Made by a program: the position numbers and the translations under genes. Shown one piece after another: positions 11,801-25,310 of a stretch of 64,000 nt of DNA. The notes beneath the pieces are model-generated. The model was given only the letters and a program-made list of their open reading frames with translations. It was not told the origin of the DNA and searched no databases. Each line of letters starts with the position of its first letter. Within the stretch, counting starts at the first letter, position 1. This stretch comes from Heptranchias perlo (taxonomy: Eukaryota): assembly GCF_035084215.1 (NCBI RefSeq), contig NC_090367.1:5642001-5706000 (forward strand). The letters run 5' to 3'.

Positions 11801-14800
11801 CACTGACCCCTAAATATACCTCCCAGTACATAACCCACTGACCCCTAAATATACCTCCCAGTACATAACCCACTGACCCCTAAACATACCTCCCAGTACA
11901 TAACCCACTGACCCCGAAATATACCTCCCAGTACATAACCCACTGACCCCGAAATACACCTCCCAGTACATAACCCACTGACCCCGAAATATACCTCCCA
12001 GTACATAACCCACTGACCCCGAAATACACCTCCCAGTACAAAACCCGCTGACCCCGAAATACACCTCCCAGTACATAACCCACTGACCCCGAAATACACC
12101 TCCCAGTACATAACCCACTGACCCCTAAATACACCTCCCAGTACATAACCCACTGACCCCTAAATATACCTCCCAGTACATAACTCACTGACCCCTGAAT
12201 ATACCTCCCAGTACATAACCCACTGACCCCTAAATATACCTCCCAGTACATAACCCACTGACCCCTAAATATACCTCCCAGTACATAACTCACTGACCCC
12301 TGAATATACCTCCCAGTACATAACCCACTGACCCCTAAATATACCTCCCAGTACATAACTCACTGACCCCTGAATATACCTCCCAGTTCATAACCCACTG
12401 ACCCCTAAATATACCTCCCAGTACATAACCCACTGACCCCTAAATATACCTCCCAGTACATAACCCACTGACCCCTAAATACACCTCCCAGTACATAACC
12501 CACTGACCCCTAAATATACCTCCCAGTACATAACCCACTGACCCCTAAATATACCTCCCAGTACATAACTCACTGACCCCTGAATATACCTCCCAGTACA
12601 TAACCCACTGACCCCTAAATATACCTCCCAGTACATAACCCACTGACCCCAAAATATACCTCCCAGTACATAACCCACTGACCCCGAAATACACCTCCCA
12701 GTACATAACCCACTGACCCCGAAATATACCTCCCAGTACATAACCCACTGACCCCTAAATACACCTCCCAGTACATAACCCACTGACCCCGAAATACACC
12801 TCCCAGTACATAACCCACTGACCCCTAAATATACCTCCCAGTACATAACCCACTGACCCCTAAATATACCTCCCAGTACATAACCCACTGACCCCTAAAC
12901 ATACCTCCCAGTACATAACCCACTGACCCCTAAATATACCTCCCAGTACATAACCCACTGACCCCTAAACATACCTCCCAGTACATAACGCACTGACCCC
13001 GAAATATACCTCCCAGTACATAACCCACTGACCCCGAAATACACCTCCCAGTACATAACCCACTGACCCCGAAATATACCTCCCAGTACATAACCCACTG
13101 ACCCCGAAATACACCTCCCAGTACAAAACCCGCTGACCCCGAAATACACCTCCCAGTACATGACCAACTGACCCCGAAATACACCTCCCAGTACATAACC
13201 CACTGACCCCTAAATACACCTCCCAGTACATAACCCACTGACCCCTAAATATACCTCCCAGTACATAACTCACTGACCCCTGAATATACCTCCCAGTACA
13301 TAACCCACTGACCCCTAAATATACCTCCCAGTACATAACCCACTGACCCCTAAATATACCTCCCAGTACATAACTCACTGACCCCTGAATATACCTCCCA
13401 GTACATAACCCACTGACCCCGAAATATACCTCCCAGTACATAACTCACTGACCCCTGAATATACCTCCCAGTACATAACCCACTGACCCCTAAATATACC
13501 TCCCAGTACATAACCCACTGACCCCTAAATATACCTCCCAGTACATAACCTACTGACCCCTAAATACACCTCCCAGTACATAACCCACTGACCCCTAAAT
13601 ATACCTCCCAGTACATAACCCACTGACCCCTAAATATACCTCCCAGTACATAACTCACTGACCCCTGAATATACCTCCCAGTACATAACCCACTGACCCC
13701 TAAATATACCTCCCAGTACATAACCCACTGACCCCAAAATATACCTCCCAGTACATAACCCACTGACCCCGAAATACACCTCCCAGTACATAACCCACTG
13801 ACCCCGAAATATACCTCCCAGTACATAACCCACTGACCCCTAAATACACCTCCCAGTACATAACCCACTGACCCCGAAATACACCTCCCAGTACATAACC
13901 CACTGACCCCTAAATATACCTCCCAGTACATAACCCACTGACCCCTAAATATACCTCCCAGTACATAACCCACTGACCCCTAAATATACCTCCCAGTACA
14001 TAACCCACTGACCCCTAAATATACCTCCCAGTACATAACCCACTGACCCCTAAATATACCTCCCAGTACATAACCCACTGACCCCTAAATATACCTCCCA
14101 GTACATAACCCACTGACCCCTAAATATACCTCCCAGTACATAACCCACTGACCCCTAAATACACCTCCCAGTACATAACCCACTGACCCCGAAATATACC
14201 TCCCAGTACATAACCCACTGACCCCTAAATATACCTCCCAGTACATAACCCACTGACCCCTAAATATACCTCCCAGTACATAACCCACTGACCCCTAAAT
14301 ATACCTCCCAGTACATAACCCACTGACCCCTAAATACACCTCCCAGTACATAACCCACTGACCCCTAAATATACCTCCCAATACATAACCCACTGACCCC
14401 TAAATACACCTCCCAGTACATAACCCACTGACCCCTAAATATACCTCCCAGTACATAACCCACTGACCCCTAAATACACCTCCCAGTACATAACCCACTG
14501 ACCCCTAAATATACCTCCCAGTACATAACCCACTGACCCCTAAATACACCTCCCAGTACATAACCCACTGACCCCTAAATATACCTCCCAGTACATAACC
14601 CACTGACCCCTAAATACACCTCCCAGTACATAACCCACTGACCCCTAAATATACCTCCCAGTACATAACCCACTGACCCCTAAATACACCTCCCAGTACA
14701 TAACCCACTGACCCCTAAATATACCTCCCAGTACATAACTCACTGACCCCTAAATTAACCTCCCAGTACATAACCCACTGACCCCTAAATACACCTCCCA

Positions 14801-16200
14801 GTACATAACCCACTGACCCCTAAATACACCTCCCAGTACATAACCCACTGACCCCTAAATACACCTCCCAGTACATAACCCACTGACCCCTAAATACACC
14901 TCCCAGTACATAACCCACTGACCCCTAAATACACCTCCCAGTACATAACCCACTGACCCCTAAATACACCTCCCAGTACATAACCCACTGACCCCGAAAT
15001 ATACCCCCCAGTACATAACCCACTGACCCCTAAATACACCTCCCAGTACATAACCCACTGACCCCTAAATATACCTCCCAGTACATAACCCACTGACCCC
15101 TAAATACACCTCCCAGTACATAACCCACTGACCCCTAAATATACCTTCCAGTACATAACCCACTGACCCCGAAATATACCTCCCAGTACATAACCCACTG
15201 ACCCCTAAATACACCTCCCAGTACATAACCCACTGACCCCTAAATATACCTCCCAGTACATAACCCACTGACCCCTAAATATACCTCCCAGTACATAACC
15301 CACTGACCCCTAAATACACCTCCCAGTACATAACACACTGACCCCTAAATATACCTCCCAGTACATAACCCACTGACCCCTAAATATACCTCCCAGTACA
15401 TAACCCACTGACCCCTAAATATACCTCCCAGTACATAACCCACTGACCCCTGAATATACCTCCCAGTACATAACCCACTGACCCCTAAATATACCTCCCA
15501 GTACATAACCCACTGACCCCTAAATATACCTCCCAGTACATAACCCACTGACCCCTAAATATACCTCCCAGTACATAACCCACTGACCCCTAAATATACC
15601 TCCCAGTACATCACCCACTGACCCCTAAATACACCTCCCAGTACATAACCCACTGACCCCTAAATACACCTCCCAGTACATAACCCACTGACCCCTAAAT
15701 ATACCTCCCAGTACATAACCCACTGACCCCCAAATACACCTCCCAGTACATAACCCACTGACCCCTAAATACACCTCCCAGTACATAACCCACTGAACCC
15801 TAAATATACCTCCCAGTACATAACCCACTGACCCCTAAATACACCTCCCAGTACATAACCCACTGACCCCTAAATATACCTCCCAGTACATAACCCACTG
15901 ACCCCTAAATACACCTCCCAGTACATAACCCACTGACCCCAAAATATACCTCCCAGTACATAACCCACTGACCCCTAAATACACCTCCCAGTACATAACC
16001 CACTGACCCCTAAATACACCTCCCAGTACATAACCCACTGACCCCTAAATATACCTCCCAGTACATAACCCACTGACCCCTAAATACACCTCCCAGTACA
16101 TAACCCACTGACCCCTAAATATACCTCGCAGTACATAACCCACTGACCCCTAAATATACCTCCCAGTACATAACCCACTGACCCCTAAAAGTACTTCCCA
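5851..16200. repeat. 35-bp tandem repeat array (~295 units, ~10.3 kb) with higher-order duplications
   Basis: Unit CCCC(T/G)AAATA(C/T)ACCTCCCAGTACATAACCCACTGA; variant patterns recur at 2802-bp and 1085-bp offsets. Confidence 0.98.
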
Positions 16201-16529
16201 GTACCTCTCCCCTTTGAGCTGGCCACTAAGTTCTCCGCAAACTCTTACCTCATGCAGTTGTTGCTCCATACCATTTTGCACACCCGTATCCTTCATCTGT
16301 GGCCTCCCCTTGTTGCTCTGTGGGTCTCTGAGCCTCCACCCCCAGCCTGCAAAGTGGATCTAGCTGTGAGATTAACAGCCTCGCAGTGATTCTGGGCTGT
16401 TACCTCTCCTTCTCCTACCCTCTAGCGAAATAAGGCAAGAGATTGCTGTCAGGTGGCAGGAATATCCCAGCTTCCACGCAGCAAGTGACGAGCCCCTTTA
16501 AGGTAGAAATATTTTCCTGTAGTTTGTTT

Positions 16530-16860
16530 CTCTCCCTCTGGGGTAGTGCCCAGCCTCCACTTGGTAAAAACTCACAAGTGATGTTGGCTGAGGAATAAAT
16601 ATTGGTCAGGACATCGAGAACTCCCCCCTGCTCTTCTTCCACTAGCACCATGGGAGCTTTTACAGCCACCTGAGATGGCAGACGGGTCCTCAGTTTAACA
16701 TCTCACCCAAAGGCGGCACCTCCGACAATGTAGCACTCCCTCAGTACTGCACTGGGAGTGTCAGCTGGATTATGAGGCTCAAGTCTCTGGAGTGGGGCTT
16801 GAGCTCATAACCTTCTGACTCAAGAGACGAGAGTGCTACCCACCGCGCTAAGGCCGACAC
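16530..16860 (-). mobile_element. Deu-domain tRNA-SINE, partial
   Basis: Reverse complement of the SINE at 24348/25538 (GCACTCCCTCAGTACTGCACTGGGAGTGTCAGC...CTCAAGTCTCTGGAGTGGG). Confidence 0.75.
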
Positions 16861-17596
16861 TATAACAGTTCATATGTTACTCGTGGAGATCAGTAAGACG
16901 CCCCCCAAGTCGAATAGTTGGACACACCAGATTTACCGAAATACAAATGGTGTCAACATCAGTCGGACATGCACAGCAGCCCACCACCACATTGTAAGAG
17001 TCTCCAAACCGACCTGCTGAGTAACCCACATCTGTAGGGTTTCTGTCTGCTCGATACAGAGTGCACACTGTCTCCTCTGAGGGCCATACCCTAGTTGCAC
17101 AAGGCACAAGTCGGTAGAGCTAACTGCAGGGATATGCAGGGATACCATGCTGAGGTTCGACCAGCTAAAGCCAAGCAGCTTTACCAGCACAGAGCACTGG
17201 CCAGCTTCTTGCCCAGCTCGGACCACCCTACCCACTTGGGGCATTGGCTGCAGGGGTACTGGGAGCTGAGTGGGAGGAATCCCAGCCCCCAGTAACAAGT
17301 CTGCCTCCTCCTCCCCCCCCCCCCCCCCCACTCAGGTCCCATCAGCAAGCCAAACTTGCTGGTCAATGATCATCTGTGCCCTGGATGTCCTGTGGCCCTG
17401 ACTGGCTCAGGTATCCGATTACCAAGTCTGCCAGGGAAGGGTGGCTTGACTCTGACTTTCCATTGCCAGGCATATCAACTTGGAGCCTCTTGAACCCCAA
17501 AAGAGACCCAATTATCCCAAGGACGATAGATCTCGGATCATTATTCAGCCCTTCAGTTAAAAAATATCCACAATAAACAGTTTGAAATGCTTAGGT

Positions 17597-17602
17597 TTTA
17601 TT
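17597..17602 (-). terminator. Likely VPS51 polyadenylation signal
   Basis: AATAAA on minus strand ~590 nt after the VPS51 stop, following an AU-rich 3'UTR. Confidence 0.6.
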
Positions 17603-18193
17603 TAGAATTACTCAGCAAATTGTGTCTGCTTTTTGTTTTGAGAATATATATATATATACACACACATAGAAATTTAACAACACGCACAATCCAAAATCGT
17701 ATTTACAAGGTGCTGGAGTCACAATAAGTTACAACAAAGCTCTCGGCACACGTTCAAAATATATATTCAGGCTCCCGAGGCCACGGAGGGCAAAGACTGG
17801 GCAGTATGTAACTGGAACGAGACGCACAAGAGTTGAGGTGGGACGGACAAGGTGAGAAGGCTGGTTACTGGCTCGGGAACGAAAGCAGGGCACTGTCAAA
17901 TAGAAATGTGGGTCTCAATATTCCTGGACACCCCTTCCCCTTTACAGCACAAAACATTATCACCCAGCATCCGCTGTGGGGAGTAAAGCAGGTGAGCACT
18001 GAATGGACCAAAACCGTGACCAAATCTTTGGACTCTACCGTTTTTTTGGTGCAACTCTAAACGCCTTCCCCTGAGCCCCAAAAAGACAACTTCACATTAA
18101 TACCTGCAGTGACCGATTTAAGCAAGTCCATCACTCCAGGTGCCAGGAAGGTGTGACTCCCCCTCCCCCTGCCCCCCCCCCCCCCGCCACAGG

Positions 18194-18454
18194 TTAACCT
18201 CTCTCACATATGACCTCGATGACACTCTGCTCCATGGTGACGGGGTCCAGGCAGCGGTGGGCGGTGCTGCCGACAATCTCATCCAGCAGGAAGTGGACGA
18301 GGTTTTCGTCGGAGACGAAACGCCAGAGGTAGAGCTGCAGGTACTGGCAGTCGACCTGGATCTGCTGCAGCCCGTAGCGGCCGAACGACCTGAGCCGGAC
18401 GCACTCCAGGAACGTCTTCAGGCTGATCTTAATGATTCCCGTCAGGACGGAGAC
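18194..18454 (-). CDS. VPS51: VPS51 (GARP/EARP subunit) exon 10 with stop
   Basis: ttgcag|[50 protein letters not shown]...ICERG*. Confidence 0.97.
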   Translation of the reverse strand, partial: VSVLTGIIKISLKTFLECVRLRSFGRYGLQQIQVDCQYLQLYLWRFVSDENLVHFLLDEIVGSTAHRCLDPVTMEQSVIEVICERG

Positions 18455-18516
18455 CTGCAAAAATGGGGAGGAAAGAGAAACTGGTTTAATAAGAAACTGT
18501 CTCCGGGATTGTACTA

Positions 18517-19290
18517 ACAACTTGCATTTATATAGCGTCCTTAACGTAGTGAAACGTCCCAAGGCGCTTCACAGGAGCGTCATCAAACAAAATATGACAA
18601 TGAGCCATGTAAGGAGATCTTAGAACAGGTGACCAAAAGCTTGGTCAAAGAAGTAGGTTTTAAGGAGCGTCTTAAAGGAGGAGAGAGAGGCGGAGAGGTT
18701 TAGGGAGGGAATTCCAGAGCTTAGGGCCTCAGCAGTTGAAGGCACGGCCGCCAATGGTGGGCTGAGGAAATCGGGGATGCGCAAGAGGCCAGAATTGGAG
18801 GAGCGCAGGGATCTCGGAGGGTTGTAGGGCTGGAGGAAATAGGGAGGGGAGCGAGGCTGTGGGTGGATTTGAAAATAAGGATGAGAATTTTAAAATCGAG
18901 GCGTTGCCGGACTGGGAGCCAATGTAGGTCAGCGAGCACAGGGGGGGGGAATTGGGTGAACGGGACTTGGTGCGAGTTAAGATACGGGGCAGCAGAGTTT
19001 TGGATGAGCTCAAGTTTACGGAGGGTGGAAGGTGGGAGACCGGCCAAGAGAGCATTGGAATAGTCGAATCTGGAGGCAACAAAGGCATGGATGAGGGTTT
19101 GAGCAACAGATGAGCTGAGGCAGGGGTGGAGACAGGCGATATTATGGAGGTGGAAGTAGGCAGTCTTGGTGATGGAGCGGATATGGGGTCGGAAGCTCAG
19201 CTCAGGGTCAAATAGAACGCCAAGGTTGCCATCGGTCTGGTTCAGCCTCAGACAGTGGCCGGGGAGGGGGATGGAGTCGGTGGCTGGGGA
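18517..19290 (-). mobile_element. L2 LINE 3' end (RT C-terminus plus tail)
   Basis: NLGVLFDPELSFRPHI...AYFHLHNI...LIHAFVASRFDYSNALLAGLP...LHWLPVRQRLDFKIL; tail ..GCTATATAAATGCAAGTTGT. Confidence 0.9.
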
Positions 19291-19599
19291 ACGCAACAGT
19301 CAACGATTACAGGCGACGTGACCAACAGCTTCAGTGAGTGAAGACCAGCTCCCTCTCTCCACCCCCTTGCGGCTCTAAGCCACACAGGCCCAAAAGGTCC
19401 CAGGTTCTATCTGATCATAGCTGGGACGGTACAACAAGTCTCAGCATCTCTACACTAAGGGAGGAGAAAAATCAGCTGCAGATCATAGTCCGGGTGGAAA
19501 GCACCAGTGGGCGAGGAAGACATCGGGCTCAGCGGCCATGATGGAACAGACTGCCGATACCCTGGGTTAACATGTGAAGATTGGCTGAATGTCTTCCTA

Positions 19600-20345
19600 A
19601 CTTAATAACAAAAAAAATCAAAGTATTTTATCACTAAGCACCAATGACTACATTTTAAACATTGTTGAGAAACTCAGGGAAGAACGTGCAGGGGACGGTG
19701 CGACGAGTCTTGATTTCGACGCAGGGAGGGAGGAAGATTTGAAGCTTAGGAGCATTGAGAGAAAAGTTCAGAAGAGCACTGACCATAGTAGGATCGAGTG
19801 TTAACAGAGAGAGGTTGGAGGTTTAAAGCGGGAGGGGAACTACTCATCAGACGACGAGCGTTTTCTTGTACGCAGTCCAGGAGTGCGAGAGAGGGGCTGG
19901 GGGAGCCTCTCCAGAGAACGCACAGACTTGGGATTTACAAAGTTAGATGTTGTGAAGGAAAAAGAAGAGAGGAGACAGTACAAAGTCCAGGAGAGGTCTG
20001 GGAGTTCTCAGTAGTGGAAGTGGAGGGGCTTGAAGACCGAGATTAACCCACCGGGATGTCAGCAGAGGCCGTCGCGGGTTGGGGTGATGGCTTATGTGGG
20101 GCTTTGTGTGGGCTACGATACGGGCTGCAGCGTTCTGGATGAGTTGGAGTTTCCGGTGGGATGGTGGAGGGGGCAGAGCATTGCAGATATTAAGCCTCGA
20201 GGCGGCTAAGGCAGGGCTGAGGTCTTCGACGTCGGTGAGGGTGAGCAAGTGACAGACATGGGAAACGTTCCAGAGGCGGAAGGAGCTCGATGGGGGCGGA
20301 CGTGGGGCTCAGCTCAGGGTCAAAGAGGACATCAAGGCTGCGCAA
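19600..20345 (-). mobile_element. Older L2 LINE fragment
   Basis: Degenerate ..KLQLIQNAAARIV.. motif, similar to the 18517-19290 copy. Confidence 0.65.
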
Positions 20346-20508
20346 CCACAGGTTCGGACAGAGCGAGCAGCCGGGGAGTTAAGTGTTCGCGCTTCTGGAC
20401 ATCACGGCACTGAGCGCCAAGAAATAGAAGAGGCAGACGAAGGGATAATAATAAAATACACACGAAGAATGTATGTTTGAATGGAGGAGTGGAGGTCGCA
20501 CTGCTCAC

Positions 20509-20596
20509 CTTATTGAACTCGACGGGGCTGAAGATGTCTATCCTCTCGGAGAATAGCTTCTGAATGTTACTGAGGAGGTTGGTGTCCATCGGAGCA
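20509..20596 (-). CDS. VPS51: VPS51 exon 9
   Basis: 88 bp; (S)[29 protein letters not shown]; gcag|...AAG|gtgagc. Confidence 0.95.
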
Positions 20597-21227
20597 CTGC
20601 AGTGTCAAAGATGCAAAGAGTTAATACAAACGGGGCAAGCTCAGGGAAAATCTGAGTCATTATCGTGATCACTCTGGGCAAGGTTGGGCAGCCAGTATTA
20701 CAGGCTCTAAGTTGTGCAATAGGATGGTCCCCCAGTATCTGTCACAACGGAGTAGATTAGTGGGCAGAGAAACAGGAGGAGGCCATTCAGCCCCTCGAGA
20801 CTGTTCCGCCATTCAATCAGGTCATGGCCGACCTGTACCTCAACTTCATTTACAACTGGAGCAATCAAGAGTCTCATTTGATATGGGAACGAAGACACAA
20901 ACAATACAAATAGCAGAGGCGTTGTGCACCTAGCACACACCATCTCCCATCACGCAGTCCGCCTGGCTTTCTGCCCATTAAAATGAGGTGAGCGATTGTC
21001 TGCACTCCCAACGTGCAACACTCTGCACCGGGAGCGAAAGATTTACCTGATCGGGGGAACGTTATTCAGCTAGCAATGGAGACAAAATACAAGCGAGGAA
21101 TGAAGCCATGCGATGAGGCGAGGTCGCAGACAAGGGTTTGTCCTGCGTAAATTCTGGGGGAGCGACATGGAGCTTGTTACCACAATGATATATATCTCTT
21201 CCCTCCCCGCCAGTCCCTCACAGTTAC

Positions 21228-21349
21228 CTGGGGGTGTAGCTTGGGGCGTAACGTGTCTGCTGACGTGAGCTGCTGTACACTGAGAAGGTCCTCTTGCTCG
21301 AGTCGCTGCTGTGTGCCTTCCTCACACCTTCTTCATACAGCAGACCAAC
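21228..21349 (-). CDS. VPS51: VPS51 exon 8
   Basis: 122 bp; [40 protein letters not shown]; atag|...AG|gtaac. Confidence 0.95.
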
Positions 21350-21769
21350 CTATGCAGGACAGAGGCAAAGGAGCATCAACAAAGGCATCATTTTGGCCCA
21401 AACACTTCATTTTCCCCCCTCGCCTCTATAAACACCCAGGCACGGCCAAGCCTTGAATACAGCCCCGTATCTGGGGATGCTGATCAAACCGCTCTCGTGC
21501 CCTATTTGTCGGTCCTGCTCACACTTCTATCCTGTAGTTGCCTTCCCCCTCCCGAAGGAACAGACTCCTGGTAGGATATGGTGCCTCCAGCCTCCTCTGG
21601 TACCTCACTCAAGTACCCACGATTCATATACAACCCGTGACAATTGAGTGCTTTTAGGCAGATTGCACATGGGGCGAGAGGGTACCACAGCCGAGTCCAA
21701 TTCTTTTCTGACCTGATGTCTGCACATTTCCAGTTGGGGTTCACCTGGCAGTGATCCCTGGCTGATTCT

Positions 21770-22005
21770 CCCCTCTCTCCAACCCAGGGGTCACTGGGCA
21801 GTGATCAGGAGCACGAACCCTGGCTGATTCCTCTCCCTAACCCAGGGGTCACTGGTCAGTGATCAGGAGCAGGAACCCTGGCTGATTCCTCTCCCTAACC
21901 CAGGAGTCACCGGTCAGTGATCAGGAGCAGGAACCCTGGCTGATTCCTCTCCCTAACCCAGGGGTCACTGGTCAGTGATCAGGAGCAGGAACCCTGGCTG
22001 ATTTT
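21770..22005. repeat. ~58-bp tandem repeat (4 units) inside a SINE
   Basis: CCTAACCCAGGGGTCACTGGTCAGTGATCAGGAGCAGGAACCCTGGCTGATTCCTCTC repeated. Confidence 0.9.
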
Positions 22006-22659
22006 ACCCTCCCTGATTCAGGGAATAGGGAGCAAATGCGTCATCCCTACCAATGCTCCAGCTCAAATGAGCTAACTCAGCACTGATAAGGAATGGAATC
22101 TGGGTCCCACCTGGCCCATAAAGCTCAGCCAAACCATTGGGAGAACCTTTCATCCAATCTCTTTCTGTTTCGAAGTTTCTTCCCTCCTCTCCTGAAGACT
22201 TGCTGGGGTACAAATCCTTGGGGGGCAGTCACCTAGTGATGGCCACTGCTCATCTGTGAGCCTAGACAGAGCTATTTGACCGTGATAGTCTGAGCCCAAT
22301 CATATCTTCACCAGATATTTGCATGTATGCACTTTCTAGCCGCAGTTACTGACGACCAATTAGGAGCACACAAACTCTAACTGTTCAAGTAAACAGGGGC
22401 CAAGATCAATCAGAGTTTAATTGTTTGCATAATGCTTGTAATTTCAAGGCTCCAGGTCAGAAGCACCCAGCATTTAATGACTGGTTTTCTTTCTCTTTTT
22501 TTAAATTATGACTGTAATAAAGTGTGATAGACAAAACACACAATATAGAAATTCACTTCACAGCAGTTTAAATTTACATCCCCACCAACCCTGGGGTCAG
22601 TCTCTTCTCCCTCAGTCCATCGCTCACTCTACAAGCGGTCGTACTGTGCGCTTCCTCAC

Positions 22660-22878
22660 CTGCACGTCAATGGAGGTTATGTCCTCCACCACCCTCTTCA
22701 TCACAGCGCGCACGTTGCGTGGTTCGATGGTATTAATCCAGTCCCGCGTCTCCACACTTTTCCGCAGCATCTGAGACACGTTCAGACCCTGAACCTTCAC
22801 GTAGTGATTCAGGAGCTTCTGGGCAGCCTCTCGGGCATCAGCGCACAGAACGGTCACCAACGTCACTGGCGAATGGTC
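22660..22878 (-). CDS. VPS51: VPS51 exon 7
   Basis: 219 bp; DHSPVTLV...[26 protein letters not shown]...[22 protein letters not shown]. Confidence 0.96.
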
Positions 22879-23048
22879 CTGGAGAAAAAGAGAAGCGGAG
22901 AAGCATAAGACAATGGACTTCCATCAGCACTGCACAGACTATAACCACAGAATGTCCGGGCAATTAGTGTATTCTCTGAATCTTTAATGTGATCTTGGTG
23001 ATCATCGAGGTGAAGGATGGAATGCACCGAGTGTCAGCATCAAACACT

Positions 23049-23415
23049 TGGGGTTAGATACAGAGTAAAGCTCCCTCTACACTGTCCCATCAAACACTCC
23101 CAGGGCAGGTACAGGGTTAGATACAGAGTAAAGCTCCCTCTACACTGTCCCATCAAACACTCCCAGGGCAGGTACAGGGTTAGATACAGAGTAAAGCTCC
23201 CTCCACGCTGTCCCATCAAACACTCCCAGGGCAGGTACAGCACAGGTTAGATACAGAGTAAAGCTCCCTCTACATTGTCCCATCAAACACTCCCAGGGCA
23301 GGTACAGCACGGGTTAGATACAGAGTAAAGCTCTCTCCACGCTGTCCCATCAAACACTCCCAGGGCAGGTACAGCACGGGTTAGATACAGAGTAAAGCTC
23401 CCTCCACGCTGTCCA
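23049..23415 (+). repeat. ~63-67-bp minisatellite (about 6 units), dispersed family
   Basis: GGGTTAGATACAGAGTAAAGCTCCCTCTACACTGTCCCATCAAACACTCCCAGGGCAGGTACA; same unit inverted at 44632-45205. Confidence 0.93.
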
Positions 23416-24347
23416 TACAATGTGCTGAAGTCCTGACAGCACCCTCCCACTGATGTTTTTCCATTTCCTCTAACACCACTGTATCACTGTGAAATACACT
23501 GCACTGTATTATATTCAACGTTGCAATCTATCCCTGTTTCAATTTGTAATTTATTTATAATAATTAGCTTCTTGAAATAAAGATTTTATATAAAACTGCA
23601 ATAATTAAAACAAATAGGTACAGTGGAGTGAAGCTTGTTTATTTCCACAGTAAAGGTGGAAATGTCAATTCTGTCTCATTGAGAAAAGGCAGCAGATTTA
23701 ACCAATCACCTCTCACTGGACTCTGGCTGGAATACGGTTTCCCGGTCACCATCAGCTCTTGAATTACTTCACACAAGCGATCATTCTTCCTGTGCCAGGG
23801 AGTGTCGGCAGGGTGAGAGGCATTACAGCCATTCCTGCCCTCGTCCGGCATACTTTCTAGGAGACACTGGGTAGCGATTAGGAACGGGAACCCTGGCTGA
23901 CTTCCTCCCCCATTAGCCCAGAGGTGTGCAGGGCGGTTTTAGCAGCCCCAGCGCTAACTCAGGCGCAGAGTGGGGATGGGGCATGTCCAGTGGAACTGTG
24001 CCTAAATGAAACTGGAATTCTCAAAGCCCTGAAATTTCCTCTGCGTGATAAGGATACTTGTGCACTGATTTTACCAGGGTTGGAAACATAGTCTTACAGG
24101 CAACGGTCCAGAGCGATCAAGCACAAATAATCCTGATTTAAGTTTTCAAACCTCCACTGATGTATCATTTATTAAATTCGGGTCCTCCCGTCGCAGTATC
24201 TAAGGGCACCTTTGAATGACAAGGTTTTCCCCTCCACTCCTTCACCTGCAGCCCGTTCCAAGTATTTATTACTCTGTATGAAGGAGGGATTGCTGCTGTC
24301 AATAAAGCAAATAGGTACAGTAGAGTGAGGCCAACGTGACGCCGGGT

Positions 24348-24800
24348 GTCAGTCGTGGCTCAGTCGGCAGCTCTCTCGCCCGAGTCAGAAGGTCGTGGGT
24401 TCGAGTCCCGCACCAGAGACTTGAGCACATAATCCAGGCCGACACTCCCAGTAACAGTACCGAGGGAGTACTGCACTGTCGGAGGTGCTGTCTTTACGAC
24501 GAGACGTTAAACTGAGGTCTGCCCTCTCAGGTGGACGTAAAAGATCCCAAGGCACTACTCCGAAGAAGAGCAGGGGAGCTCTCCCCAGTGTCCTGGGCCA
24601 ATATTTATCCCTCAACCAACAGCATAAAAACAGATTATCTAGTCACTTTCACGCTGCTGTTTGTGGGATCTTGCTGTGCGCAAATTGGCTGCTGCGTTTC
24701 CGACATTACAACAGTGACTACACTTCAAAAGTACTTAATTGGCTGTAAAGCACTTTGGCACGTCCTGAGGTCGTAAAAGGCCGGATATAAATGCAAGTCT
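24348..24800 (+). mobile_element. Full-length Deu-domain tRNA-SINE (SacSINE1/AmnSINE1-like) with L2-derived tail
   Basis: tRNA head (TGGCTCAGT..GGTTCGAGTCC), Deu core AAAGATCCCA..GAAGAAGAGCAGGGG..CCAATATTTATCCCTCAACC..GTTTGTGGGATCTTGCTGTGCGCAAATTGGCTGC, tail ATATAAATGCAAGT. Confidence 0.85.
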
Positions 24801-25097
24801 TTCTTTTTCTTTTATGAAGATATGTCCCATTCTGCTGAATTGTCACCCTGGATTAAGCCGGATCTGCGCTACACGTTGACGATACATTTACCCATTCAGC
24901 TGGTTGGGCGGCCCCTTTGCTACAATACTTCAATTTTCCTTTCCGACATCCAATACTGACATTATGCCCCTCTTCTGCCACCCCCCCCACCCCCACCACA
25001 CGCTCATTGAAAGACGCGCCTCTGATGCACACGGGCTGCTGTGTACGGTGCGTGGTTCAACCTGTTGTTGGGGCTCAAGGCGTGAAGGGTCACTCAC

Positions 25098-25310
25098 CTG
25101 CCCCAGGAACTGTTCGTCTGTCAGGGTCAGAATGTAGCTGATAGTGGACGTCTCGTAGTCCAGGCAGAGCCGGGACAGCAGCAGGAGCAACCCCGGGGGC
25201 GTGGCGCCTTTCTCGCCCGCCGTCTCGCAGAACTGGCGCGCCGTGTGGCAGATGTACTTGATGAAGTTGACGATGAGCCCCTCGCGGACGCCCTGGCTGC
25301 AGAACTCACC
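25098..25310 (-). CDS. VPS51: VPS51 exon 6
   Basis: 213 bp; [17 protein letters not shown]...[31 protein letters not shown]. Confidence 0.96.

Noticed and set aside
5851-16200. CRISPR-like periodicity and dozens of short ORFs
   Set aside because: Units are head-to-tail with no unique spacers, there are no cas genes and the context is vertebrate
5851-16200. SRE-like ATAACCCAC in every satellite unit next to an SREBP-target gene
   Set aside because: Differs from the SRE-1 ATCACCCCAC in the core and in length; too weak to claim without binding data
17572-17577. Plus-strand AATAAA facing the VPS51 poly(A) signal
   Set aside because: No plus-strand gene or exon chain found upstream; likely chance in AT-rich sequence
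24348-24420. tRNA-like sequence with A and B boxes (also 25538-25610)
   Set aside because: It is the head of a SINE, continuing into the Deu domain; no convincing cloverleaf or terminator
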